A stretch of DNA of 62,356 nt, counting the filler, from Squatina squatina (lineage: Eukaryota): the NCBI GenBank assembly GCA_031763465.1. It is 3 parts of 3 records of this genome, joined end to end, with 100 filler letters (N's around TTAATTAATTAA, not from the genome) between each part and the next. Parts side by side here need not be neighbours in the genome. Positions count along the whole stretch, not along the records: positions 23,801 to 47,204 come from JARFOE010000013.1; positions 47,305 to 62,356 come from JARFOE010000057.1; 1 more part is not named here. One strand, written 5' to 3'. The notes under the pieces were generated by a model. It was given only the letters and a program-made list of their open reading frames with translations, was not told the DNA's origin and ran no database searches. The translations under genes and the position numbers were made by a program. Shown one piece after another: positions 36,789 through 47,657 of this stretch (positions are counted from its first letter, which is position 1; the number at the start of each line of letters is the position of its first letter).

Positions 36789-37649
36789 TCCAACATCTGT
36801 CAAAAGATCCTATTATGTCCAATACTGTTCTTGTTAGTGTTTCCTTTCCAAAGCCATTCACTCTCAAGGCATCTGAAGGTATTTGGCAGTCATTTTTTCC
36901 ACTTATTAGGACTTTACAATTAGGCATCATTTATGCCATACAACATTAATTAGACATGTCTGTAGTTGTTTATGAATATGCAGTTATGCTAAAATAAATC
37001 GAGAGTTGAGTCTCTGCTCTAACCCAGTGTGGTTTGCTATTTGCATATGTTTTAGATGACTGCGCTGAAAGCCAGCTGTCTTGATCAGCTCTGGCAGAAT
37101 GCATATGCAATGCTCTAATGAGAATTGCAAATTTATTAAAAACCATATTTTANNNNNNNNNNAGCAATTTGTTTGCATATGTGATTGCAAAAGCAAATGA
37201 TTCTATAGTATTAAATGGGTAAGAATATTTTTCTGTGTAGTGACATCTTCATTGAAGAGTCTTTCATGACATTGCTTACGAACCTTTAAGAATGGCATCT
37301 GTTGTTTTACACTTGAATGGGAAACCAGTCCTCACACTGTCAACTTGTCAATCAAGGCTGAGGTTGGGATTGACGTTCTTGCCATTAGATGTTCTATCTG
37401 CTGCAGCCTTTTACCAAATGATGCACAATGGATATTCCTATTGTGAGTCTGCTGTGCGTCATTCAGTTAGATAAATATGATGTCAAAACTACAGTACATC
37501 TCACTCCAAAATGTTTATTATTTTCCAATTTCCTGTTCTTTGCTTAAAGTGTTCATTCTTGGTTGGATTGAACCCTAAATGCTGGAAGCCCTCAGACAAT
37601 CTGTCCAAAGGGACATTCTTCACGTGAGCCTAGACAATGTTGACAGGCT

Positions 37650-37985
37650 ACCTTCATCCATCAGCTTAATATGGTCCTTGAAAAATTCAACCATCTTCAT
37701 CAAGAAGCCACGTTGAGAACCTCTAATAATTCCTCTGTCAAGGTGGTCATACAGAGCATCCCAAATGATCCTTTATAACAATTTTCATATCATTAGTGTT
37801 AAGCCAACAGACTTCAGTTCTGATTTGTTGCCCATTTTGAATGTTGGAACTCAAGCCTTCCTCCAGTCCCTAACAATGATCCCAGTTTCAAGCGAGTTAT
37901 TAAATACACGAGCAAGGGACTCATTCAGCACAGCTCTCATTTCTTTGAGCAATTTCCGGTAAATGCCACCTTGACCAGCAATTCA
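37650..37985 (-). mobile_element. Old CR1 LINE RT N-terminal fragment
   Basis: Minus strand reads AGQGGIYRKLLKEMRAVLNESLARVFNNSLETGIIVRDWRKA..., comparable to PGPDGI.PR.LKE......PLA.IFN.SL.TG.VP.DWR.A. Confidence 0.75.
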
Positions 37986-38238
37986 ATTCGATTTGACNNN
38001 NNNNNNNNNNNNNNNNNNNNNNNNNNNNNNNNNNNNNNNNNNNNNNNNNNNNNNNNNNNNNNNNNNNNNNNNNNNNNNNNNNNNNNNNNNNNNNNNNGTA
38101 CATATTGTGATACACAAAGTAGCACAAGTGTGTGGGACAGGCTGGTTCTACCTGTCCATTGTTCAGATGTTCATAAACATGCTCTATTCAAGAGGACCAT
38201 AACGTTTTTCATACTGGACAGCAGCATGAACTGTTAGC

Positions 38239-38620
38239 TCTCCAGAAGTACAAGGGGTGATTGATAGCACTGTGTGCTATAACAACAGTGGTCTACACCA
38301 ATTGAAAGGGGTCCTACTCCATCAATGTGCAAGTGGTTAGTCACAGCCCAGACTGTGCCATGCAGGTTAATGTCCACTTCCCAGGCAGTATCCACAATGC
38401 TTTCATCTTGCATCAATTATCTGTGCCAGGCTTATTTGACGATGACGAGAGACTGGTAGGAGAGCTACCTGGTGATTACTCTTCAAGTCTGGTTTGTGAT
38501 AGTTCAGGTCAGAGACAGAATGCAGGTACAAGAAGGCCCATACAATAATCAGGACCATTACGGAGCATATTATTGGCAGTTGGCATTTTGAAGCAGTGAT
38601 TCAGATATCTGCACAGTTCT
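38239..38620 (+). pseudogene. PIF/Harbinger (HARBI1-like) transposase catalytic-domain relic
   Basis: PEVQGVIDST / YTN*KGSYSINVQVV..MQVNVHFPGSIHNAFIL..LF..LPGD / CRYKKAH..RTITEHIIG..ILKQ*FRYL correspond to the G.IDCTH, NRKG.HS.NVQ, PGS.HD, LLGD, YN..H...R..IE..G.LK.RFR.L motifs. Stops and frameshifts are present. Confidence 0.9.
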
Positions 38621-38624
38621 TATG

Positions 38625-39262
38625 CTTATTTATTCATTCTCAGGATATAGGCATCTCTAGCAAGGCCAGCATTTGTTGCCCATCCCTATTTGCCCTTCAG
38701 AATGTGGTGGTGAGCCATCTTCTTGAACTGTTGATGTCCTTGCAGTGAACATACTCCCTCAGTGCTGTTAGGTAGGGACTTCCAGGATTTTGACACAGTA
38801 ATGATGAAGGAATGGCGATATAAGACCAAGTTGGGATGATGTGGCTGGTTCAGTTGAGTTTCTGGTTAATAGCGACCCCAGGATGTTAATGGTGGAGGAT
38901 TCAGTGATGGTAATGTCATTGAATATCAAGGGGAGGTGATGGTCATTGCCTGGCAATGGTGTGGTGTAAATATTACTTGCCACTTATCAGATTAAGCCTG
39001 GATGTTGTCCAGGCCTTGCTGCATGCGGGCATGGACTACTGCATTATCTCAGGAATTGTGAATGGAGTGAATATCCCCATTTCTGATCTTATGATGCAGG
39101 GAAGATCATTGATGAAGCAGCTGAAGATAGTTGGGTCTAGGATGCTCCCCTGAGGAACTTTGGCAGCCATTTCCTGGGGCTGAGATGATTGGCCTCCCAT
39201 AACCACAATCATCTTCCTTTGTGCTAGTTATTACTCCAAGCACTGGAGAATTTTCCCCTTGA
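38625..39262 (-). mobile_element. CR1/L2-group LINE, 5'-truncated and internally deleted (RT core plus 3' tail)
   Basis: Minus strand reads QRKMIVVMGGQSSQPQEMAAKVPQGSILDPTIFSCFINDLP (RT motif), and later SKSWKSLPNS..FKKMAHHH plus the shared tail. Confidence 0.88.
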
Positions 39263-39263
39263 T

Positions 39264-39625
39264 CATAAGAACATAAGAATTAGGAGCATGGGTAGGACAT
39301 TCAGCCCCTCGATCCTGCTCCGCCATTCAATAAAATCATGATTGATCTTCTACCTCAACTCCACTTTCCTGCACTATCCCCATATCCCTTGATTCGCTTA
39401 ATACCCAAACATCTATCAATCTCTGTCATGAAGATACTCAATGACTGAGCTTCCACAGCCTTCTGGGTAGAGAATTCCAAAGATTCACAACCCTCTGAGC
39501 GAAGAAAGTTTTCCTCATCTCAGTCCTAAATGGCCGAAGCCTTATTCTGAGGCTGTGACCTCTGGTTCTGGACTCCCCAGCCAGGGAAAACAGCCTCCCT
39601 GCAGCTACCCTGTCAAGCCCTGACT
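39264..39625 (-). mobile_element. CR1 LINE 3' end
   Basis: ORF GLDRVAAGRLFSLAGESRTRGHSLRIR..FRTEMRKTFFAQRVVNLWNSLP, with CATAAGAA terminal repeats at 39264-39279. Confidence 0.93.
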
Positions 39626-39929
39626 TCAGGACAACCATGGTAAGTAAGTAGGGAAGGGAAGGATTGATCGTGCTGAGGCTAAAGCAATTTCCCGCAGGAT
39701 TGTCCGGGGAGTAGGTGAGATGTGAAAGGGAGTCTTATGTTAACAGTCCTGATCAGGTCATTAAACTTCTTCCTGCATTGTAGTCAGGTCCTGGGAAAAC
39801 AATGGCAGTGGCTGACATTTTCTGCCACCTCTCTTCATGTTTGTTAAATAATTAGTCTTGGTACCCACTGCCTATCGAAGGGAAGATGACCTTCTTCCTG
39901 CTGCTCACTTGGTCAATCAGCACCTCCAC

Positions 39930-40698
39930 AAATCTCTAGTTAGTAATATTTTCCAGTGATATTGTCTCCAAGCTTAGTTTGCTGTTTGAGTGCTGGCATC
40001 TCCATGTATTCTGGGAATATAGTTGATTGATCTACCAATGAGACCTCCTTTCTTAAACAATAACCACCGTGTACAACTGTTCAGTGTTCTCCAATTCCTT
40101 CTCAAGGCACTGACAGAAGTTTTGAATTATTGAGTTGAGTTTTGGCTGTCTGTTGAAGTGAATTTAGATTTTCAGCTAGAACCCCCTGTGATACACAGTT
40201 GAATATTCTTAAGTTGATTATAATACAGTATAATAATTTCCCCAGGATTTCTAGGTGCTGTTCAGAAATCAAGCAGGGAGTTAAAAGAAAAATCTGTTGC
40301 ATAGTATGTCTTCCTGCTCTTAAACCAACTTAGTCTTTTGCCATCTGCTCCTTTCTGCGAAGATTGAGTTGGCTTCCTATTTCCAGCATGATCCTGCTAG
40401 AGTGACAGATGAGGTCAGTGGTACTTTAGTTCTCACATTTAGTGATAGCTTCCTTGCTGTGTATAAAAACACTCGTCCAAACCTTAGTGACATTGCCAAT
40501 GTTCCATGTCTCACTACAGATGGTGTTCATGCTCCCTACTGGCATGTTTCTGTTGTGTTTGAACAGTGGATTGGGCTTTTCATCTACAGTGGGTGCTTTT
40601 CTAATCAGAGTAGTGACAACGTTGTCAATCAGTTATGGAGGACCCCTCCTGTATCCCCTCACTGGAAGCAGTCCATGATTTGCTTTATACCCACAAAT
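39930..40698 (-). mobile_element. Ancient RTE-clade LINE RT relic
   Basis: Minus strand, with stops and frameshifts: ICSETWNIGNVTKVWT..KCEN*STTDLICHSSRIML..D*VGLRAGRHTMQQIF..LISEQHLE. Comparable to RTE C..IW..G.WP..WT..C.NYRTISLISH.SKIML..EQAGFR.GR.T..QIF. Confidence 0.7.
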
Positions 40699-42489
40699 NN
40701 NNNNNNNNNNNNNNNNNNNNNNNNNNNNNNNNNNNNNNNNNNNNNNNNNNNNNNNNNNNNNNNNNNNNNNNNNNNNNNNNNNNNNNNNNNNNNNNNNNCA
40801 ATGGTAGGAAAATCTAACTGATGCCTTTTTAGTGGTATTACCATCAAGAACTTGAGAAGTGGAAGAATTAGCCTCTGGATTCAAACTCCAATTGGCAAAA
40901 ATTTGGACTGTGGAACCCAGCAGAGAGCACAACTAATATTTCAACAACACTTTAGTCACTTTTGTCTAAAGATCCAAAAGCTGAAATGCGCGTTTGATTC
41001 ATTTTTAATGATTGACCTAGCAGGCCGTGTCTGACCCTACTGTGCGCTTGAAAAGAAACGACCCAGCGTTTTAATCTTGACACTTCCTCTCCAATAGTTT
41101 AATGTGATTCATTCAACTTGCCAGGATGCAGTAGTGCCTGTTCATTTCATGCCTTCCATAATTCAGAGACACTGTGATGCGTAGACCATGACAAGCCAAT
41201 TAGGGCCAAACATGCTGTGAAACCAGCCATTTTCTCTCTGTTTTTTTGTAACTTCATTCTGTTATGGTGCCTGCTTTTAATTCTTGCATTCCATTAAAGC
41301 TCCTTTCCTTGTACCTTCCTTGGGTTAATTATTTTTCATAGTGAACAGTTCAATCAAATATAAAATTGATGGTGGCAGGCTGAACTGCTGGACTGAGTCA
41401 GATAATCCTAAACTCCATTTGACGTTAAACGTCTACACATCCATAATATTTCAAAGTGTCTGTCAAATATATAAAAGTGAAAATGCCAGAAATTCCTGTT
41501 GCTTTTTCTGATCTTGATAACCTGATCCTTCCTTAATAGTTATACACAATTGCCATTCTATACATACCTCAATTCATAAATAATCTCTAATTGACGCCAC
41601 CCCCCACCACTGATGTATCTCTTTGTACAACTTTCCTCATAAGGAATACTCGAATAGTGTGTCTTAAAGTGACAGGCCAAGTTAAAACACTGCTCTCTGA
41701 TGAAAGCTAAACAGCAGAGCCATGTTCCAGGCTGCAAACTGGCCCTGAGTAGCTAGTGTTATTAATTTATTTTCCATCACTAAAACTCCATATCTTTGTA
41801 CACATTTCATTTTCAGAAACAAATTACCAATTGTCGAACATTCAAAATTGAATTTACTTGGTGCTGTCCTTTATAAACATGTCAGACATAACACCACCAG
41901 CCAATTGCATTGACATAAACAAGGATTTATCTCAACAAAGGGGCAATTTTTCATTTCTTATCANNNNNNNNNNNNNNNNNNNNNNNNNNNNNNNNNNNNN
42001 NNNNNNNNNNNNNNNNNNNNNNNNNNNNNNNNNNNNNNNNNNNNNNNNNNNNNNNNNNNNNNNCTAGCCTTCGGACAAGGAAGAATGATTAACCGTTTGA
42101 TTTAACCTATAAGCTACGAATTAGCTTTGTGAAAGAAGCAAGACATTAAACAGCAGTAAAAGGTTAACACAACAAATTTCACTTGATTACACAACATTTA
42201 ACTCACACCTTTTTGACATAAAAGCAATAAAAGACAAATCCATGTTGTTCCCATAATTATATTTAACTTGGCTCAGTTTCCATCCCACAAAAATTATGCA
42301 TGAGGTTTAGTCTACCCTCACTTGCTCAATTCTACACAGACGGTGATGCAGGAGAACTTGATCCAATGCCTTCTACAACTAATTTGTATCCAAAATAATC
42401 TTGGTTACACAAAAACAAATCATTTTTGTAGCTTTGTATTGTGGGGTGACTTGTTAACCTAGATTTTCTAATTGGTGTTATTTATTAAA

Positions 42490-42680
42490 ATAACAACGAT
42501 TGGAAAATCTAGGCTATCTTTTGTAAAACCAAGCTGATTATTCCCCTATGGCCTTTGTACTTTTCATATATCCATGGGCATCATCTTGTATAATGGCCTC
42601 AAGGATTTCCCTTGCTACAGAACTTCGGCCAATTAGTTTAAAATACTGAGGCTCGTGTCTCACTCCTCTTGAATATTCAA
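42490..42680 (-). mobile_element. Very old CR1-like RT fragment
   Basis: RGVRHEPQYFKLIGRSSVAREILEAIIQD..IGE, comparable to KG.R..PGNYRPISLTSV..KILE.II.D.....I..SQHGF. Confidence 0.5.
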
Positions 42681-43329
42681 TAACCTCCAGTTTCGTATTT
42701 GAGGCTCTGCGAATATTGACCATAATTGAAACAAAAAAAGTAGATATATAGATACATTTTATGGAAAACCAGGACATAGGAATTAGAGGAGCCATAAACT
42801 AAATTCAGTGCAAGGAATAATTTATGCTTATCAGTGCAATAGACAACTGCCTGGTGCAATAAATACTGATTCAGTTGAAGCTTTCAAATGGAGTTAAATT
42901 GATTCCTGACTCAGCAAAGGGTAAAAAGATATGGATTTGGAGAAGGCAAAGGTGCAAAATCGTCAAATTTGATCCTGAAAAATGATACAGATGATGGAAT
43001 GACCTGAACGCCGTCAACCTTGTCTCATTCGTACAATCTTATTCTCTCATAAGAGCTTCCATAACTAATAATCAACCAATATTTTTGGTTGTTTAATATA
43101 ATTAAAGCTGTACTTTCACCTCAATCATCTCTAAACAAAACTAATATATATATTTTTTAGTTTTGGTGTTGAAATAGTGGAATCAAGCTTTGTGCAGTGC
43201 AAAATCATACTTGGCTGATCTCATGTGATTTGTAACAAGTTCTGGGTTTGGATTTGGCCTGCCGGTGGCAGCTTGCCAACAGGGTGAGAGGGAGCAGGAA
43301 ATGATGTGTACCATCAGCCCTTAAAGGGC

Positions 43330-43415
43330 TACAACTAACAACAACAACTTTCTATATACCGCCTTTAATGTAGTAAAATGTCCCAAAGCGCTTGTTATCA
43401 AACAAAATTTGATAC
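43330..43415 (-). mobile_element. L2 LINE 3' tail
   Basis: (CAA)n followed by TATATACCGCCTTTAATGTAGTAAAATGTCCCAAAGCGCTT, as at 16145 and 50395. Confidence 0.75.
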
Positions 43416-43515
43416 NNNNNNNNNNNNNNNNNNNNNNNNNNNNNNNNNNNNNNNNNNNNNNNNNNNNNNNNNNNNNNNNNNNNNNNNNNNNNNNNNNNNN
43501 NNNNNNNNNNNNNNN

Positions 43516-43785
43516 TCCCATGGCACTATTTTGAAGAAGAGCAGGGGAGTTATCCCCGGTGTCCTGGCCAATATTTATCCCTCAATCAACATAACATAAA
43601 CAGATTATTTGGTCATTATCACGTTGATGTCTGTGGGAGTAGCTGTGAGCAAATTGGCTGTCCCGTTTCCCACATTACAACAGTAACTACACTCCAAAAG
43701 CACTTCATTGGCTGTAAAGCGCTTTGAGACATTCGTTGGTTGTGAAAGATGCTATAGAAATGCAAGTCTTTCTCCCTTTCTTTTT
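43516..43785 (+). mobile_element. Deu-domain SINE (SacSINE1-like); 5' end lies in a gap
   Basis: TCCCATGGCACTATTTTGAAGAAGAGCAGGGGAGTTATCCCCGGTGTCCTGGCCAATATTTATCCCTCAATCAAC...GCTATAGAAATGCAAGTCTTTC. Confidence 0.9.
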
Positions 43786-44660
43786 TATGCACTTATCAAT
43801 TGCAATTGAATTTTTTTTTAAATGAGGGCATTGTGCATCGCTGATAGTTTAAACTCTTCCAAAACCTGCTCTTATGATGTACAACTGCAGGTTCAGCTAA
43901 GTCTATCCCCTCCTGCAGGCTTTCACTACGTCTGCTCTTAATCTCAGTTCATTCATCCACTACGGGGAAAAGAAATCCTTTAGACATTGTATTTTCTTTT
44001 ATTTATTCAGCTTTTCTCCCTTATTACACAACACGGAGCCTTTACAGTGTTCACTTCCAGCTGGGTGGAATTTTCTGAAATTACTAAGCTTTACAGAAAG
44101 AAGGTAGTGCAGAGCATCGCTACAATATCTCTGCTAAAACGTTTGTTTGTACCACATACTGCTCTCTGCATGTCACATCTGTTCTATTGCTTCGTGTTAT
44201 CTCCCATCAGAGCCTATTAGTTTAGAACAAAAACACAATGAAGTGCGCTGCACGCTGCAAGGTATTGCATCCATGGCTTTAAAGGATTGTGCTGTTTGAG
44301 GTAGATAGCCTTTTCACCTTTCCTGATTTCTATTCTGAACAGCTGCAAACCTGCTCGCTGCGAGGCAGTGCCAACAGTGCAGCAGCTGCATAATAAGACA
44401 CTGAAATACTGAAAGGATTACATTTTTTTTCCTATGTGCGTGTGAGGAAAAGTAATGAACACTGAGATCCAGCTAGTCCACAGTTGAGATACATTTCATC
44501 TGGACTGCCAGCTGAATGAAGCATATACACCCAGCCCCACCTCCAAATAAGGTAAAAGCCATTGCTGTCTGCCTCTACCATATAGACCAGATGAGCCCCA
44601 GGATTGATCTTTAACCTGAGCTGTTAATTGGTCTCAACTGAAGCAGGGGAAGAGATGTAA

Positions 44661-45018
44661 GGGCCTATATTCTCTGGAGCTTGGAAGAATGAGAGGTGAT
44701 CTCCTTGAATCATATACAATTCTGAGGGGGAGTAACAGGGTAGATGCTGAGAGGTTGCTTCCCTTGGCTGGAGTCTCAAACTATGGAGCATAGTCTCAGG
44801 ATAAGGGGTCAGCCAATTAAGACTGAGATGAGGAGGAATTTCTTCACTCAGAAGGTTGTAAATTTTTGGAATTCTCTACACTAAAGGGTTGTGGATGCTG
44901 AGTCATTGAATATATTCAAGGCTGAGATAGATAGTTTTTTTGGACTCTAGTGGAATCAAGGGATAGGGGGATCGGGCAGGACAATGGAGTTGAGGTTGAA
45001 GATCAGCCATGATCTTAT
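44661..45018 (+). mobile_element. CR1 LINE 3' region
   Basis: GLYSLELGRMRGDLLESYTILRG..RVDAERLLPL..HSLRIRG..KTEMRRNFFTQKVVNFWNSL. Confidence 0.92.
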
Positions 45019-45195
45019 NNNNNNNNNNNNNNNNNNNNNNNNNNNNNNNNNNNNNNNNNNNNNNNNNNNNNNNNNNNNNNNNNNNNNNNNNNNNNNNNNN
45101 NNNNNNNNNNNNNNNNNNCCGACAATTTCAGTTTTATTTTGAATTTTTAGCACTTATATTTTATCTTTGTTACTTTCACTTAAAAAATACTTCTT

Positions 45196-45575
45196 GGGAC
45201 TGGTTGGTTCAATTGGTTAGGCACTGACTTTTCCTCTCTGGGACCTAAGTTCAAAACCAACCAAGAGTGATGGGATAAATCTGCTGAATGCTGGCCGTGA
45301 AATTAATTTGGGAAGACTCAATCCAGCTCCTAATTGGAATGGGCCCATAGAACAACACTGCTTCTAATTTGCCACAAATTGGCTAAATTGGCAATGTCTA
45401 CCGAAAGGCCTTGAGATCGCTGTTGTAGGAAATGGAAAATGTCATGCAAGTACAGTGTGGATGCTCTTCTAAGTTTGAAGCTGAGGTAAGAAGGACTTTA
45501 CTCTGCATCTAACCGATTTGGGAATGCTTGATGCCTGAAATAGAAAATATTCCATTCCTCAACATGAACAATTTA
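45196..45575 (+). mobile_element. tRNA-derived SINE resembling LF-SINE
   Basis: GGGACTGG head with a B-box-like GTTCAAAACC, then TGGCCGTGAAATTAATTTG..CTCAATCCAGCTCCTAATTGGA..AATTTGCCACAAATTGGC. This is collinear with the LF-SINE consensus as I recall it. Confidence 0.55.
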
Positions 45576-46299
45576 TTTTTAAGCATAACCTTTAATAAAA
45601 CTCTAATCCCTATAGTTGCAATGTGGTTGCACAGAATTGAGGCAGATGCTGGCAGTTGTAATCATTAAGTACCAATTGCTGGACATTGATAAATTAAATG
45701 CTTGTGCACCAATGAACTGCAAACTGGCTACATGAAAATAAAGTTTAAAAAAAATCAATATAAAACATTCAATTGATAAATAGTCTAACAATTAAATGCT
45801 TGGTTTGTTGCAGTGGACCGAAAATGTTAACAGCTACTTATCGGATATATGATAGGAAATGAATTTTGAGTAAGGTGCTGTGCTTTCAAACTCCTACATC
45901 ATGCCTTGGCTATTGATCAAGGCTCCACAGAATTGTTCAATTTGTGAGCACTGTGCTGAAATCAGGGCTTATTGTAGCTTCTCTCTCATTTTTGATCAAG
46001 ATCTCAAAACTGTGAGACTTCTTGACTCCTTCAGCCTTTCATTCTTTTCCTACAGTCTGCTGGCTTTAAGGATCCAATCTAGCATTACTTAGTCACTGCT
46101 TTTTTGATTTACCTCATCCTCTATGGATTCTTGATAATGTCCTGCATTATGACTATACCTTTACCATAGATTTCTCAATATATATAAAAAGGTAAAAGCT
46201 GCTGATGAAATATATCATAATCATACTAGGGATGGATTAAGTGCAACAATATTATTTTGCTATTAAATGTAATAGCTTTGTAACTTTATAATAACCTAA

Positions 46300-46530
46300 T
46301 AATAAGAAAGCAGAAATAAGAGTGGGGGTTCAGTCCCATTTGGCTAATCATGTCACTCTCAAGTCTTTCAGTTTTTCCTTGCACAGGCCGTGCTCACCTC
46401 CCTCCTGCCTCGGGCACTAAGCTATTTGCTTTGAGATTGCTTTGAGTGGGTCAGCACTCATTGCTGTAGGTGGCAGTCTGTTCCATATGTTAACATGTCT
46501 CAAGTGTGAAGAAGCTATTCCTTTTAAATA
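46300..46530 (-). mobile_element. Very old CR1-like 3' end
   Basis: GGCAGTCTGTTCCATATGTTAAC..GTGTGAAGAAG reads on the minus strand as FFT...VNIWNRLP. Confidence 0.45.
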
Positions 46531-47204
46531 TTTGGCTAAGAACTTCTTCAAGCTTGACTGAAGAAGCATATGCCCCATTTACATTCACAGACCCAACAGA
46601 GATCATTCAATGCCAATCAGGATACAAACTTTTAGAACGTGTACTTACTAGAATCAGTTAATGTGCTGGATAGGTAGGTTTAAGTTACCAGCTTGACACA
46701 CACAGTGAGGTGTCCATTTCTGTACAAAAGGACAGAAGGCTTGGCTCAAACATCTATGCTATTTTGATGTGAGCCTGTTAGATAGCCAAGGACAACTCTG
46801 AAGTCAGGAGGTGACAGTCAATACTTTAAGCTATAATTCAGAATAATTTATTCTGGCTTATTTTAACTGATATCACTGTAAATTTGCAATGAATGTAAAT
46901 TTAAAATTGTAATATTTGCAGAAACAAAAAAAACTAATTTGATATTGCTAAACTATATGATTTCCGAGATGAAAATGCTTAAAACATGCCTGATGTATGT
47001 CCTTACGCTGATGCAAACAGGCCCTCTGCCCATTTGCATCAACCGTAAAATTTCTGTATGCAATTGCTGAGTAGTTGGCAATCAAATAGCCCAACTCTGT
47101 GCCAACAATTGCTTTTTTGTGGGCCACACGGATGGCCTGTCAACTCATACATTGACAGTTCACAAAGTCGGGATTTAGTGCATGTGGAAATCCCAAACTT
47201 GCGG

Positions 47205-47304
47205 NNNNNNNNNNNNNNNNNNNNNNNNNNNNNNNNNNNNNNNNNNNNTTAATTAATTAANNNNNNNNNNNNNNNNNNNNNNNNNNNNNNNNNNNNNNNN
47301 NNNN
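47205..47304. other. Artificial scaffold linker (44 N + TTAATTAATTAA + 44 N)
   Basis: Identical to 23701-23800. Confidence 0.95.
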
Positions 47305-47524
47305 CGGTAGTGTTACATTGTTGGGCGCTCTGCCTCTCCCGCCCCTCTCACACACTTTAGCGCTCTAAGGGAAGCAGTAGTGCTACATTGTTGGGCGCTC
47401 TGCCTCTACCGCCCCTCTCACACACTTTAGCGCTCTGAAGGAAGCGGTAGTGCTACATTGTTGAGCGCTCTGCCTCTACCGCCCCTCTCACACACTTTAG
47501 CGCTCTAAGGGAAGTGGTAGTGCT
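47305..47524. repeat. Minisatellite, at least 3.1 x 70 bp, truncated by a contig end
   Basis: Near-identical units start at 47305, 47375 and 47445, with a partial unit at 47515 (C.GTAGTG.TACATTGTTG.GCGCTCTGCCTCT.CCGCCCCTCTCACACACTTTAGCGCTCT...GGAAG). Confidence 0.95.
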
Positions 47525-47657
47525 TGATTTAATGCACTTCCCTCTTGGAGCGTGAGAGCTGAAGTTCCCGGGAGCTGCAAGTTATTTTTTCCTGGCGGTG
47601 CTTTTCCGATTATTCAAAAGTTATCGCCCCAAATAGAGCGCCATGTATTTTCTAGCC
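47305..47657. mobile_element. Right part of a GC-rich TIR element carrying the 70-bp array
   Basis: CpG-rich sequence after the array ends in ATTTTCTAGCC, similar to the other termini. Confidence 0.5.

Noticed and set aside
38239-38620. Domesticated HARBI1 gene
   Set aside because: It has multiple stops, frameshifts and a mutated conserved Asp, and it is truncated by a LINE.
47305-47524. CRISPR-like array
   Set aside because: Contiguous near-identical 70-bp units with no spacers.
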